A DNA stretch of 64,000 bases, from NCBI GenBank assembly GCA_045545475.1, contig JAZQAZ010000034.1, positions 1 through 64,000 of the forward strand, in the 5' to 3' direction. The stretch is from Clostridia bacterium (GTDB lineage Bacteria; Bacillota; Clostridia; CAKSNL01; HGM11501). This document shows, piece by piece, positions 9,411 to 19,863 of this stretch (position 1 is the first letter of the stretch; each line of letters starts with the position of its first letter). The translations under genes were made by a program, and so were the position numbers. The notes beneath the pieces were generated by a model, which was not told the DNA's origin, made no database searches, and saw only the letters and a program-made list of their open reading frames with translations.

Positions 9411-10175
9411 CTATCTCTGTTTCTTTATAAATTCTTTTGCAAGTTCACGATAGCTTTCCGCTCCCTTTGAGCGGGAATCATAGGAAAGCACCGCTTCTCC
9501 GAAGCCGGGAGCCTCGGAAAGCCTGATATTTCTCGGAATTACAGTTGCATAAACCTTTTCCTTAAAGAACTTTTTAACCTCGTCTGCCACCTGAATGGAA
9601 AGGTTTGCTCTTCCGTTAAACATGGTTAACAGAACACCCTCAAAATCCAAATCAGGATTTAAGCTTTTCTTTACTCTTTTCACGGTTCCTGTCAAAAGAG
9701 CAAGGCCCTCAAGTGCATAAAATTCGCACTGGATGGGGACAAGTACACGGTCGGATGCAGAAAGTGCATTCAAGGTCACAAGTCCCAGCGAAGGCGGACA
9801 GTCTATAAATATAAAATCATAATTATCCTTTATTTTCGCCAGTGCTTTCTTTAAGCGAAAAGCTCTGTCATCAGCTTCTACCAGTTCAATCTCCGCACCG
9901 GAAAGCTCCACATTGGAAGGACAAAGGTCCAAATTTTTGTATTTTGTATGTACAATTGTATCATTTATATCAATTTCGTCTATTATTACATCATATAAGG
10001 TTTTTTCGTCCTTATCGCATCTGCATCCCAGTCCGCTTGTGGCGTTACCCTGAGCGTCCGAGTCGATAAGAAGAACTTTCTTGCCGCATTCAGCCAGTGC
10101 CGCACTTAAATTAACCGCAGTTGTGGTTTTTCCCACGCCGCCTTTCTGGTTGGCAAGAGCAATTATCTTTCCCAT
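9411..10175 (-). CDS. parA: Chromosome partitioning ATPase ParA/Soj
   Basis: NQKGGVGKTTT deviant Walker A, DCPPSLG, IPRNIRLSEAP. Confidence 0.97.
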   Translation of the reverse strand: MGKIIALANQKGGVGKTTTAVNLSAALAECGKKVLLIDSDAQGNATSGLGCRCDKDEKTLYDVIIDEIDINDTIVHTKYKNLDLCPSNVELSGAEIELVEADDRAFRLKKALAKIKDNYDFIFIDCPPSLGLVTLNALSASDRVLVPIQCEFYALEGLALLTGTVKRVKKSLNPDLDFEGVLLTMFNGRANLSIQVADEVKKFFKEKVYATVIPRNIRLSEAPGFGEAVLSYDSRSKGAESYRELAKEFIKKQR

Positions 10176-10210
10176 AGTGTACCTCTTTTCCTTTCAGAGT
10201 CATTGACAAC

Positions 10211-10239
10211 AGTATATCACACCAAATACGAAAATGCAA
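10211..10239 (-). promoter_or_regulatory. Sigma-A type promoter of parAB
   Basis: Minus strand TTGCAT-17 nt-TATACT. Confidence 0.6.
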
Positions 10240-10288
10240 TTAAAATATGAATTTGTTTTTATTTTGTAATAAAAGGAAGAACTGCTAA

Positions 10289-10304
10289 TGTTTCACGTGA
10301 AACA
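10289..10304. promoter_or_regulatory. parS: parS site 1
   Basis: Exact TGTTTCACGTGAAACA consensus next to parAB. Confidence 0.95.
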
Positions 10305-10322
10305 TTAGCACAAATTTTCAAC

Positions 10323-10665
10323 AAAGAAAATTTGTGCGAGGCTTTCCCGAAGCCGTGTGTAGCATTCGGCAACAGAGCCGATGCGAAACAAGGCAGTCGA
10401 GGCAAAATCCAACAAGGATTTTTCCGAGAATGAGAGAAAGCAATAAGCTTTCTCGCCGTTGAAGCGGAGGGAAAGCAAATGAAAAACGCAAATCAGCGTT
10501 TTTTCGTACAGCAGAAATATCATACAGAACGCTGGCTTTTCAAAAAAGAAAATTTGTGCGAGGCTTTCCCGAAGTCGTGTGTAGCATTCGGCAACAGAGC
10601 CGATGCGAAACAAGGCGGTCGAGGCAAAATCCAATAAGGATTTTTCCGAGAATGAGAGAAAGCAA
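10323..10665. repeat. Direct repeat of a 121-bp structured element (10323-10443 and 10545-10665, period 222 bp)
   Basis: Copies differ at only a few positions; internal gcattcggc/gccgatgc hairpin. Confidence 0.9.
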
Positions 10666-10716
10666 ACACTCTTTTTCGTGTAGTTCCTTATTCAATTTAA
10701 AAAGTATATCCCCGAA

Positions 10717-10732
10717 TGTTTCACGTGAAACA
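10717..10732. promoter_or_regulatory. parS: parS site 2, within a 40-bp perfect palindrome
   Basis: Exact TGTTTCACGTGAAACA; palindrome extends 10705-10744. Confidence 0.95.
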
Positions 10733-10776
10733 TTCGGGGATATAGCAAAAGGGGTATGAAAATGGATTTGGTGGGC

Positions 10777-11592
10777 TTATTTAGCGATACTTATGATGTA
10801 TCTTACATTATCTTCATCTTCCGTTTGTTCAATTACCGTATTTATTCCGGATTTATTTAACAAGCCTATTGCTTTATTCATGGTACTGCAAAAAACCCTT
10901 TGTCTTTTAAGGCTTTCCGAAAGGCTTGTCTTAAACGTAGAAAAACGCCGTTCTTCCGCATCTCCCGATGCCATTTTGTCGATAAGCTTTTCAGTCTTTG
11001 CAACCGTCAGGTTTCTCTCCACAATCAGCTTGACCGCTTTTTCCCTCAGCTTTCTGTTTGGTAATTTCAAAAGAGCTCTTGCATGTCGTTCTGTTAATCC
11101 TGCATCAAAAACTCTTTGTCTTGTTTCCTCATCAAGCTTCAAAAGCCTCAATTTATTTGCAATTGCACTCTGGCTTTTGCCGAGCTTTGCAGACAGTTCC
11201 TCTTGTGTCATATCATACTCGTCCATCAGTTTAAGATAGCCTTCGGCTTCTTCGAAATATGTCAAATCCTTTCTTTGCAAATTTTCTAAAAGAGCAATTG
11301 CTGCACTCTTTTCTTCAGAAATATCAATAATTATTGCAGGTATTGTCCTTTTCTTGGCCATACAACTCGCTCTGTATCTGCGTTCTCCGGCTATTATTAT
11401 AAACCGTCCGTCTCCTTTTTTCTTAACGGTAATCGGCTGAATTACCCCATACTCGTCGATGGACTTAGCAAGCTCCGTTAACGATTCTATATCAAAGAAA
11501 CGTCTCGGCTGATCAGGATTCGGCTCAATTCTTCCAAGAGGTATATCCGTAACCTTCTTCTGTGGCTCTTCTGTAAAAACAGAACTGAACAT
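10777..11592 (-). CDS. noc: Nucleoid occlusion protein Noc (ParB paralogue)
   Basis: ParB/Srx domain (IIAGERRYRA, ENLQRKDLTYFEEA, GKSQSAIANKLRLL); syntenic position between rsmG and parA. Confidence 0.85.
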   Translation of the reverse strand: MFSSVFTEEPQKKVTDIPLGRIEPNPDQPRRFFDIESLTELAKSIDEYGVIQPITVKKKGDGRFIIIAGERRYRASCMAKKRTIPAIIIDISEEKSAAIALLENLQRKDLTYFEEAEGYLKLMDEYDMTQEELSAKLGKSQSAIANKLRLLKLDEETRQRVFDAGLTERHARALLKLPNRKLREKAVKLIVERNLTVAKTEKLIDKMASGDAEERRFSTFKTSLSESLKRQRVFCSTMNKAIGLLNKSGINTVIEQTEDEDNVRYIISIAK

Positions 11593-11706
11593 AAAAAGCT
11601 CCTCTCTGACTTTTCTTATGTAAAAAACCTTCCGACAGATATAATTCTATCAGAAGGTTTAAGTTTTGTAAATTAAATTCGTTCGCCAAAATAGGCTAAA
11701 GATGTG

Positions 11707-12384
11707 TCATTTAATCGGCTGTTTTGACGCTTTACCGGATTTTCTCGGATACAAAGACGGAGTTTGCGATATTTTTTTAATACAAACTATGGTGTGGGGA
11801 ATTTCACCGGGGAGAACAACATTGTAAATTTTATCTATTTCTCCCCCAAGCACGGTTATTGCCGTCTTTGCTTCTTCTATTTCATCATCCGGAGTAGGGC
11901 CTTTTAATGCAATAAATGAACCTCCAACCTTTACAAGGGGCAAGCACCATTCAGAAAGCGAAGAAAGATTAGCAACTGCACGGGCTGTAGCTATATCAAA
12001 GCTTTCTCTTAATAACTTATCCTGTCCTGCTTCCTCGGCACGCATATGAATACACTCAAAATCCGAAAGAGAAAGCTCTTCCTTTATGGTTTTAAGAAAG
12101 TTTATCCTCTTTAAAAGTGCATCTATCGCCGTGAGATGAATATCCCTTTTTGCTATTTTTATGGGAAGTCCCGGAAAACCGGCTCCGCTTCCAACATCGG
12201 CAACCTTCGCTCCGTCCGGAATAAGAGAAAAGGAGAGAGGAGTAAGACAGTCAAGATAATGCTTTATTTTTATTTCTTCAATATCCGTTATGGCTGTAAG
12301 ATTCATAACTTCATTATAAGAAAGAAGCAATTTCGTGTATTTACCGAAAAGTTCTTCCGCATCATCAGGCAATTTTATCCCCAT
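11707..12384 (-). CDS. rsmG: 16S rRNA G527 N7-methyltransferase (true start may be upstream, about 12408)
   Basis: MNLTAI, KHYLD, DVGSGAGFPG, ARAVA motifs. Confidence 0.95.
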   Translation of the reverse strand: MGIKLPDDAEELFGKYTKLLLSYNEVMNLTAITDIEEIKIKHYLDCLTPLSFSLIPDGAKVADVGSGAGFPGLPIKIAKRDIHLTAIDALLKRINFLKTIKEELSLSDFECIHMRAEEAGQDKLLRESFDIATARAVANLSSLSEWCLPLVKVGGSFIALKGPTPDDEIEEAKTAITVLGGEIDKIYNVVLPGEIPHTIVCIKKISQTPSLYPRKSGKASKQPIK

Positions 12385-12413
12385 TTTAAGAGCTTCTTTT
12401 ATTAAAATTTTAA

Positions 12414-14291
12414 TCAGCTCCTTTTCATCTGTTCAATATAGATAAGCAAAACCGTAATATCCGCAGGAGAAACGCCGGATATTCTGGACGCCTGGCCGAA
12501 GTTTTCGGGACGGTTCTTCATAAGCTTTTCTGCAGCTTCTCTTTTAAGGCCCTTTACATCGGCATAGTCAATATCTTCCGGAATTTTCTTGTTTTCCAGC
12601 TTTTTGAATGCTTTTACCTGTTCAATCTGCATCTTTATATAGCCGTCATACTTAACCGCAACATTCACTTCCTCTGTTATGTAATAGGGAAGAGAAGGCC
12701 TCTTTTTATCAATGGGAGCCAATAAAAAATAGTCAAGCTCGGGACGGCGGATAAGCTCTCCCAACTTAAAGCCGGTGGTTAACGGCGTGCTTCCGTGTTC
12801 TGCCAAAAGAGCGTTTACTTCAGCGGAAGGAGGGATGTTTTCATGTTCAACACGGTCTATCTCCGCATTTACCGCTTCCTGCTTGGATATAAATTCCTTA
12901 TATCTTTCTTCGGATATAAGTCCTATTTTATAACCCTTTTCGGTTAAACGAATATCTGCATTATCCTGACGGAGTAAAAGACGGTATTCCGCACGGGAAG
13001 TCAGCATTCTGTAAGGCTCCATTGTTCCTTTGATTGTTAAATCGTCTATCAAAACTCCTATATATGCTTCGGAACGGTCTAAGGTAAAAGGTTCTTCGCC
13101 CTTTATTTTAAGTGCGGCATTTATTCCCGCAATAAGTCCCTGTGCGGCTGCTTCCTCGTATCCGGAGCTTCCGTTAAACTGACCTGCTCCGTACAGGCCT
13201 TCAATTTCCTTAAATTCCAGCGTTGCTTTAAGCTGTGTCGGATCTAAACAGTCATACTCAATGGCATAAGCATTTCGCTGAAGTTCTGCCTTTTCCAAGC
13301 CTTTGATGGTTCTGTACATCTGAAGCTGAACCTCTTCAGGTAAACTTGATGACATACCCTGAATGTATAATTCTTCGGTATTAAGTCCCATAGGCTCCAC
13401 AAATATCTGATGACGCTCCTTGTGGGCAAAACGAACCACTTTATCCTCAATTGAAGGGCAATATCTGGGACCTGTTCCCTCAATTGAATGATTAAAAAGG
13501 GGAGCACGGTCAATGTTATCCATTATAATTTTGTGGGTTTCGGGATTTGTGTAGGTTAAGTAACACTCAACCTCGCTTCTCCTGGGATTTTTGGTTTCAA
13601 AGGAGAAGGGCAGAGGAGGATCCTTTTCCTCCTGAAGCTCCATCTTTGAAAAATCCACGCTTCTTCTGTTTATTCTTGCAGGAGTTCCTGTTTTGAAACG
13701 AAGAAGCTTAATCCCCTTATCTATAAGACATTTTGACAAGCTGTTTGCAGGCATCATACCGTCGGGACCTCCTTCGTACTGAAGTTCCCCGATTACAATT
13801 TTTCCTTTAAGATAGGTACCCGTTGCGATAATACAGCTTTTTGTTTCATAATATGCACCCATGTTGGTTTTTACGCCAACTACTTTATCCCCGTCAAATA
13901 CAATTTCAGTAACTTCAGCCTGCTTAAGTTCAAGATTTTCCTGAAGTTCCAATGTCTGTTTCATTCTTTCACGATAACGCATACGGTCAATCTGAGCACG
14001 AAGAGAATGAACAGCAGGGCCTTTTCCCAGATTAAGCATTTTTATCTGGATATAAGTTTCGTCTGCCGCTTTACCCATTTCTCCGCCCAGAGCATCAATT
14101 TCTCTTACCAGATGTCCCTTTGCCGTTCCTCCTATATGAGGATTACAGGGCATGTTGGCAACAGCATCAAGGTTAACTGAAAAAATAACAACCTTCATGC
14201 CAAGTCTTGCAGCAGAAAGTGCCGCTTCACAGCCCGCATGGCCCGCTCCTATTACAACTACATCGTATTTACCCGCATTAAAATATTCCAT
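12414..14291 (-). CDS. mnmG: tRNA uridine-5-carboxymethylaminomethyl modification enzyme MnmG/GidA
   Basis: [46 protein letters not shown]. Confidence 0.98.
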   Translation of the reverse strand: MEYFNAGKYDVVVIGAGHAGCEAALSAARLGMKVVIFSVNLDAVANMPCNPHIGGTAKGHLVREIDALGGEMGKAADETYIQIKMLNLGKGPAVHSLRAQIDRMRYRERMKQTLELQENLELKQAEVTEIVFDGDKVVGVKTNMGAYYETKSCIIATGTYLKGKIVIGELQYEGGPDGMMPANSLSKCLIDKGIKLLRFKTGTPARINRRSVDFSKMELQEEKDPPLPFSFETKNPRRSEVECYLTYTNPETHKIIMDNIDRAPLFNHSIEGTGPRYCPSIEDKVVRFAHKERHQIFVEPMGLNTEELYIQGMSSSLPEEVQLQMYRTIKGLEKAELQRNAYAIEYDCLDPTQLKATLEFKEIEGLYGAGQFNGSSGYEEAAAQGLIAGINAALKIKGEEPFTLDRSEAYIGVLIDDLTIKGTMEPYRMLTSRAEYRLLLRQDNADIRLTEKGYKIGLISEERYKEFISKQEAVNAEIDRVEHENIPPSAEVNALLAEHGSTPLTTGFKLGELIRRPELDYFLLAPIDKKRPSLPYYITEEVNVAVKYDGYIKMQIEQVKAFKKLENKKIPEDIDYADVKGLKREAAEKLMKNRPENFGQASRISGVSPADITVLLIYIEQMKRS

Positions 14292-14313
14292 AATAATATC
14301 CTTTCAACGGAAA

Positions 14314-15660
14314 TTATTTTCCTATACAGAATTTTGAGAAAACCTCGCCTATAACCTCATCTGATACGGTCATACCGGTAATTTCTCCGAGATGAGTAAC
14401 AGCCTCTTCCAGATTTATATAAGCAAAATCTTCTGTCAGTCCACTCTCTAAAACCTTAATTGCTTCGCCTATGGCAGAATCGGCCATAATTGCAGCTTCT
14501 TTATGACGCTCGTTTGTAATCATAACCGCATCTTCCGAAAAATCCGAACCCATAAGAAGGTCGTAAATTTTTTTCTTAAGTTTATCGATTCCCGTTTTTT
14601 CTTTTACAGAAATATAAACCACATCTTCTTCACTTGGCAGAAAACATTTACTTTCAAGTTCCGATTTATTTACAACGGTAATATGCGGCTTATCTTTAAC
14701 GAGTTCTAAAATTTCCGCATCGTTTTCATCAAACAATCTTCCATTATCGGTTATAAAAAGACAAATATCTGCATTTTTAATATAATCTCTTGCCTTTTTT
14801 ACACCTATTTTTTCAACCGTGTCTGCATCTTCTCTTATACCTGCTGTATCAGCAAGGCGAATCGGAATATCAAAAATATTTATATATTCTTCAATTATGT
14901 CTCTAGTTGTACCTTCAATTTCAGTAACTATGGCTTTTTCCTCACCTGCAAGTTCATTGAGAAGTGAACTTTTACCCACATTCGGTTTTCCGCAAATAGC
15001 ACAAATTGCACCTTCTCTTAAAATAATGCCTTTATCGGCATTTTTTATAAGATTTTCCGTTTTCTCCTTTATTAGAGAAAGACCAAGTTTTATGTTTACT
15101 CCTGACAAGCTGTCCGCATCCTCATCAGGAAAATCTGTGGAAACGGAAATATAACTCATTATTTCGAGGATTTCACGCCTTATCTCGTTTATTCCTTCAG
15201 ATAATTTTCCCGAAAGCTGATTTACAGCTGTGCTTCTTGCAAGGTCAGTTTTTGAATCTATAATATCGGCAACGGCTTCGGCTTTTGATAAATCAATTCT
15301 TCCGTTCAAAAAAGCACGCATGGTAAATTCACCGGCTTTTGCCGCTCTGGCACCTGCCTTAATTATTGCTTCAAGAGTTCTTTTTGCAGGAATTATTCCT
15401 CCATGAACAGATAATTCAACAACATTTTCTGCAGTAAAGCTTTTTGGTGCACGCATAACCGAGCAAAGACACTCATCAATCAGTATATTTCCATCATAAA
15501 CGTGACCGTATAAAATGCGGTGACTTTCCGAATCTTCAGTTTTTATTTTACCCTTAAACACCTTATCTGCTATCTTAAATGCATCATCACCGCTTATTCT
15601 TATAACGGCAATTCCACCCTTTTGCATAGCTGTGCTTATTGCGGCTATTGTTTCTGCCAT
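14314..15660 (-). CDS. mnmE: tRNA modification GTPase MnmE/TrmE
   Basis: TIAAIST, GKPNVGKSS, GTTRD, DTAG, FSKFCIGK; start set at MAETIAA. Confidence 0.97.
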   Translation of the reverse strand: MAETIAAISTAMQKGGIAVIRISGDDAFKIADKVFKGKIKTEDSESHRILYGHVYDGNILIDECLCSVMRAPKSFTAENVVELSVHGGIIPAKRTLEAIIKAGARAAKAGEFTMRAFLNGRIDLSKAEAVADIIDSKTDLARSTAVNQLSGKLSEGINEIRREILEIMSYISVSTDFPDEDADSLSGVNIKLGLSLIKEKTENLIKNADKGIILREGAICAICGKPNVGKSSLLNELAGEEKAIVTEIEGTTRDIIEEYINIFDIPIRLADTAGIREDADTVEKIGVKKARDYIKNADICLFITDNGRLFDENDAEILELVKDKPHITVVNKSELESKCFLPSEEDVVYISVKEKTGIDKLKKKIYDLLMGSDFSEDAVMITNERHKEAAIMADSAIGEAIKVLESGLTEDFAYINLEEAVTHLGEITGMTVSDEVIGEVFSKFCIGK

Positions 15661-15773
15661 AAAATCACCTTTTTCTTTCATAAAAACATTCAAAAAATAA
15701 GGTAAATCTTTCTAACTCAAACTCGTCGGCATATTTTTATACGGTAGAGATTAAGTTCTGAAAAAGCAGATAA

Positions 15774-15805
15774 AACGCCGTGAAAACTACTCTTTTCACG
15801 GCGTT
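15774..15805. terminator. Hairpin / probable terminator after jag
   Basis: aacgccgtgaaaa-ctactc-ttttcacggcgtt. Confidence 0.6.
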
Positions 15806-15893
15806 AATTCGTTTTCACAAAAAAGCTTTATAAAAACCTTTTCATATAGATTAAATATAGTTTTATCTGCGTTTGACTTACTTTTTGGATATT

Positions 15894-16541
15894 TTAGTCT
15901 CTGTAAGTTCCTGCCATACCCTTATATGCAACAACAACTTTTCTGTTGGGTTCTTCACCTATAGAATATGTTGTTACACCGGGATATTCCTGCAGAGCCT
16001 CATGAATTATTCTTCTTTCATAAGGATTTTTAGGCTCTATAATCATGTTTTTCTTATATTTTGTAGCCTTGGCTGCAGTTCTCTTTGCAAGAGTGACAAG
16101 AGCCTCTTCACGTCTTTCTCTGTAATTTTCAGCGTCAAGAGTAACTTTTATATAATCTTCTGTTCCCTTGTTTAAAAAAATGTTTGTAAGATACTGAAGT
16201 GCATCAAGTGTCTCCCCACGGCGACCTATTAAAAGTCCTAAGCCTTCGCCCTTAAGCTCAATTGACATCTTCTTTTCTTCATCATTGTAAACTGTTTCAA
16301 ATTCTGTATCCATACCAAGCTTTTCGGTAATATTTTTAAGGAAAGTTTCAGCTTTTTTACTATCATCTTCCTTAATAACAGTAACTCTTACCTTTACTTC
16401 TTTACTTCCCAATAATCCGAAAAGGCCCTTGGATTCTTCAAGAATTTCAATATCAACATTTTCCTTTGTTGTATTAAGCTCTTTTAAAGCTGTTTCAACC
16501 GCTTCATCAACGGTTTTTGCCTTTATTTCCACAAATTTCAT
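15894..16541 (-). CDS. jag: RNA-binding protein Jag/EloR (KhpB)
   Basis: Jag_N, KH (LLIGRRGETLDALQ) and R3H (ERRIIH) domains. Confidence 0.95.
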   Translation of the reverse strand: MKFVEIKAKTVDEAVETALKELNTTKENVDIEILEESKGLFGLLGSKEVKVRVTVIKEDDSKKAETFLKNITEKLGMDTEFETVYNDEEKKMSIELKGEGLGLLIGRRGETLDALQYLTNIFLNKGTEDYIKVTLDAENYRERREEALVTLAKRTAAKATKYKKNMIIEPKNPYERRIIHEALQEYPGVTTYSIGEEPNRKVVVAYKGMAGTYRD

Positions 16542-17446
16542 TTGTTTTTCCCTTTTCCCTTCTTCTCTTTAATCCCGAAATCTTCATTCTCATACTTCTT
16601 CTCATAATACTTTGTTAAAATTACCATCTGAAGAACAGAGAACATTGTGCTGACAAACCAATAAAGACCAATTCCTGCAGGAAGAGTATATGTGAAAAAT
16701 GCTGTCATAAGGGGCATCATCAGATTCATCAATTTCATCTGCTGAGCCTGCTCTTCACTCATGGGATTAAGCTTTTTTGATACCCAGTTTGAGAAAAATG
16801 CTGAACCTGTTGCAAGTGCAACCACAATCAAAAGCAATTTATCATCGCTGGGAGATCTTGATAAATCCATTCCGAGGAAATTGAAATCGATAAGACTGAA
16901 CTCAGAAGCTACCTTTATTTCAAAATCCTTTACTTTTTCGGTTAAAAATGCAACAATTTCTTTAATTTCAGTAAGTGAAGAAAAATCAACCTCTCCGGCA
17001 ACTTTAGAAAGTTTTTCAATTACAACTTCTTTTGCAATCTCACCTTTTTTTACCATATCATCAAGCTTTAATGCAGGAGTTATTCTTAAAAACCAGGTTA
17101 CCGGAGCCTGAATAACTCTGTAGAAAGCCAAAAGTATGGGAAGCTGAATTAAAAGAGGAAGACAACCACCCATAGGATTTACTCCGTACTTTTGATAAAG
17201 CTTCATGGTTTCTTCGTTTAATTTATCTTTATCATTTTTATATTTTGCCTGAATTCTCTCAAGTTCAGGTCTTATTTTCTTGGTTTTAACAGTTGTTTTC
17301 TGTTGCTTTATTCCGAGAGGAAAAAGAATTAATTTAATAATAAGCGTAAACAGAATAACAGCCAGACCGTAATCCTTAGTGAAATCATAAATAGGATTAA
17401 TTACAAAACTAAGGATGTTTGCAAAAAAGTTAAGTATTTTAATCAC
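16538..17446 (-). CDS. yidC: Membrane protein insertase YidC
   Basis: YGLAVILFT, NPMGGCLPLLIQLPI, GLYW; GTG start. Confidence 0.95.
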   Translation of the reverse strand: MIKILNFFANILSFVINPIYDFTKDYGLAVILFTLIIKLILFPLGIKQQKTTVKTKKIRPELERIQAKYKNDKDKLNEETMKLYQKYGVNPMGGCLPLLIQLPILLAFYRVIQAPVTWFLRITPALKLDDMVKKGEIAKEVVIEKLSKVAGEVDFSSLTEIKEIVAFLTEKVKDFEIKVASEFSLIDFNFLGMDLSRSPSDDKLLLIVVALATGSAFFSNWVSKKLNPMSEEQAQQMKLMNLMMPLMTAFFTYTLPAGIGLYWFVSTMFSVLQMVILTKYYEKKYENEDFGIKEKKGKGKNK

Positions 17447-17474
17447 TCCTTATAAAAATAAAAAACGGGGTGTC

Positions 17475-17687
17475 CTACGGCACAGGATCATAACCCCCGG
17501 GATTAAAAGGGTGACATTTCAGAATTCTTTTAACGGCTAAGAAGCCGCCCTTTAACGCACCGTACTTTTCGATAGCTTCATAGGCATACGCAGAACAAGT
17601 CGGATAAAAACGGCATTTTGAAGAACCTAGTAAAGGTGATAAAAATTTTCTGTAAAGTCTGATAAAAAAAAGAAAAATTTTTTTCAT
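17475..17687 (-). CDS. yidD: Membrane protein insertion efficiency factor YidD
   Basis: [28 protein letters not shown]; start at MKKIFLFF. Confidence 0.95.
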   Translation of the reverse strand: MKKIFLFFIRLYRKFLSPLLGSSKCRFYPTCSAYAYEAIEKYGALKGGFLAVKRILKCHPFNPGGYDPVP

Positions 17688-17718
17688 TAAAAAATCCTTT
17701 CCGAAAGTAAGAAAACCG

Positions 17719-18048
17719 TTATTTGAGTTTTGCTTTCTCAAAAAGTTTACCCATTTCTTTTTTAACTTCAAAAAATCCTACCTCGGGCGTTTTCGTTCTT
17801 GCTACAAAAACGAAATCATAACCCGAGGTGTATTTTTCAAAGAATCTGTAACTTTCTCTTATAAGCCTTTTGGCTCTGTTCCTTTTTACGGCCTTTCCGA
17901 CCTTTTTACTCACTGTAATTCCCATACGGCTGTAAGGAAGACCGTTTGGCATTACATACATAATTAAAGCATAAGAAACAAGACAGTTACCTTTTTTGTA
18001 AATTTTTGAAAAAAGCGTATTTTTTTTAATTGACAGCGTATGTTCCAT
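17719..18048 (-). CDS. rnpA: Ribonuclease P protein component
   Basis: [23 protein letters not shown]. Confidence 0.96.
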   Translation of the reverse strand: MEHTLSIKKNTLFSKIYKKGNCLVSYALIMYVMPNGLPYSRMGITVSKKVGKAVKRNRAKRLIRESYRFFEKYTSGYDFVFVARTKTPEVGFFEVKKEMGKLFEKAKLK

Positions 18049-18078
18049 TAAAAAACTAACTTCTTTCTTTGACCCAGA

Positions 18079-18213
18079 TTAAGCAGAGAGTACTCTTCTG
18101 CCTTCTCTTCTTCTTCTTGCGAGAACTTTGCGACCGTTTTTAGTGCTCATTCTCTGTCTGAAACCATGAACCTTTTTTCTCTTTAATTTGTTGGGCTGAT
18201 ATGTTCTAATCAC
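18079..18213 (-). CDS. rpmH: 50S ribosomal protein L34 (absent from the ORF track, 44 aa)
   Basis: GTG start after GGAGGTG; translation [44 protein letters not shown]. Confidence 0.96.
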   Translation of the reverse strand: MIRTYQPNKLKRKKVHGFRQRMSTKNGRKVLARRRREGRRVLSA

Positions 18214-18531
18214 TAAAAACACCTCCTTAAATAAGATTAAAAATTTACAGACTTTTTTCCATTATATCCTTTAAAAATTTATTTGTCAACCAAAAATTTA
18301 TTTTATCAAAATTTTTTTATAAAAAAAACAAAATTTATCTTGTAAAAATCTTTCTTTTTTGATATAATATATAATGTACGAAAATGTAAACATAAAGGGT
18401 AATTTTTTATCCACAACTGACTTTTCCACAAGTAAAACATCATAAGTATCGGTTTTGTTGTGTTAAAATAAGGAGTTATCCACAATATAAACATATACTT
18501 TTCAACATTTAGTGGAAAAATGGAGGTTTTT
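18214..18531. other. oriC, left part (DnaA-box cluster) and rpmH/dnaA promoters
   Basis: TTATCCACA at 18407 and 18476, TTTTCCACA at 18422; very AT-rich; gene orientation switches here. Confidence 0.85.
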
Positions 18532-19863
18532 ATGATACCGCTTACAGACATATGGAAAAAAGCCTGTGAATACATAATAGAGGAGATTTCTTCACCTGTT
18601 TCTTACCGTACATGGATTCAGGGGGCAAATCCCTATAAAGTAAAATCAGGCAATATTTATTTTTCTGTTGCAACAACAGTTAATAAAAACATGATTGAAT
18701 CAAGATATTCCGAGCTTATTATTAATTCAATTCTTGAAGTAACCGGAGAAAAATACGGAATAGTCGTAACAATAGGCGAAGAACAAGATGACGAAGAAAC
18801 AGAGGAAAAAGAAGAAAAGAAAGATGATTCATCAATCCATAAAGCTTCTTCAAAATACACCTTTGACAACTTCGTTGTGGGAAGTTCCAATCAGTTTGCC
18901 CATGCTGCTGCACTTGCCGTGGCAGAATCCCCCGGATACGGGTATAATCCTTTATTCATCTACGGTGGATCGGGACTCGGAAAAACTCATCTTATGCATG
19001 CAATAGAAAATTACATACACGAAAACAGTCCAAAATTAAAAACAACTTTTATAACTGCTGAAACCTTTACAATTGAAATGATTGAAGCAGTTCAAAAGAA
19101 AACCACCGATTCTTTCAGAGAAAAATACAGAAAAACCGATGTTTTGTTTGTTGACGATATTCATTTTATTGCAGGCAAAGTTGCAACAGAAGAAGAATTC
19201 CACAATACCTTCAATACTTTATTTGATTCGGACAAGCAGATTGTTTTAACAAGCGACCGTCCTCCTGAAGAAATCGCAAATCTTGCAGAAAGGCTTGTTA
19301 CAAGATTCAGCTGGGGTGTAAAATGTGATATTCAGCCTCCCGAATACGAAACAAAGGTTGGTATTTTAAAGCAAAAAGCTAAAGACCAGAATATAAATAT
19401 AAGCACAGAAACAATACTTTATATTTCAGACAACATAAATATAAATGTTCGTGAGCTTGAAGGTTTCTTAACTACTTTGTCTGCTTACTCAAAAGTAAAA
19501 AGAGAAGAAGAAGTTACAAAAGAGACAGTTGATTATGTAATTTCAAAGTATATTTCCGTTAAAGAAGAAGAAAGAACTTTAACACCTAAAATGATAATAA
19601 CAGCTGTAGGAAAACTTTTCAGAGTAAGTGAAGAAGACATTGTTTCAAAAAAGAGAGTTAAAGAAATTGTTACTGCAAGACAAGCTGCAATCTATCTTTG
19701 CAAAAATTTAACAGAGCTTTCTTTCAATAAAATAGGTGAATATTTCGGAGGAATGGATCATTCTACTGTTATGCATTCTGTTAAGAAAATAGAATTATTA
19801 AAAGAAAACGATCCTGAACTTAAAGAAAAAATAAACACCCTTACAAAGGATCTTAAAAATTAG
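18532..19863 (+). CDS. dnaA: Chromosomal replication initiator DnaA
   Basis: YTFDNFVVG, NPLFIYGGSGLGKTHL, DHSTVMH; ATG 18532 behind GGAGG. Confidence 0.98.
   Translation: MIPLTDIWKKACEYIIEEISSPVSYRTWIQGANPYKVKSGNIYFSVATTVNKNMIESRYSELIINSILEVTGEKYGIVVTIGEEQDDEETEEKEEKKDDSSIHKASSKYTFDNFVVGSSNQFAHAAALAVAESPGYGYNPLFIYGGSGLGKTHLMHAIENYIHENSPKLKTTFITAETFTIEMIEAVQKKTTDSFREKYRKTDVLFVDDIHFIAGKVATEEEFHNTFNTLFDSDKQIVLTSDRPPEEIANLAERLVTRFSWGVKCDIQPPEYETKVGILKQKAKDQNINISTETILYISDNININVRELEGFLTTLSAYSKVKREEEVTKETVDYVISKYISVKEEERTLTPKMIITAVGKLFRVSEEDIVSKKRVKEIVTARQAAIYLCKNLTELSFNKIGEYFGGMDHSTVMHSVKKIELLKENDPELKEKINTLTKDLKN

Noticed and set aside
10305-10759. ORFs 10305-10634 (-) and 10556-10759 (+)
   Set aside because: They are translations of the non-coding direct repeat and parS palindromes, with no RBS or protein-like features
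18306-18575. 89-aa minus-strand ORF
   Set aside because: Overlaps the DnaA-box region and the dnaA start; spurious
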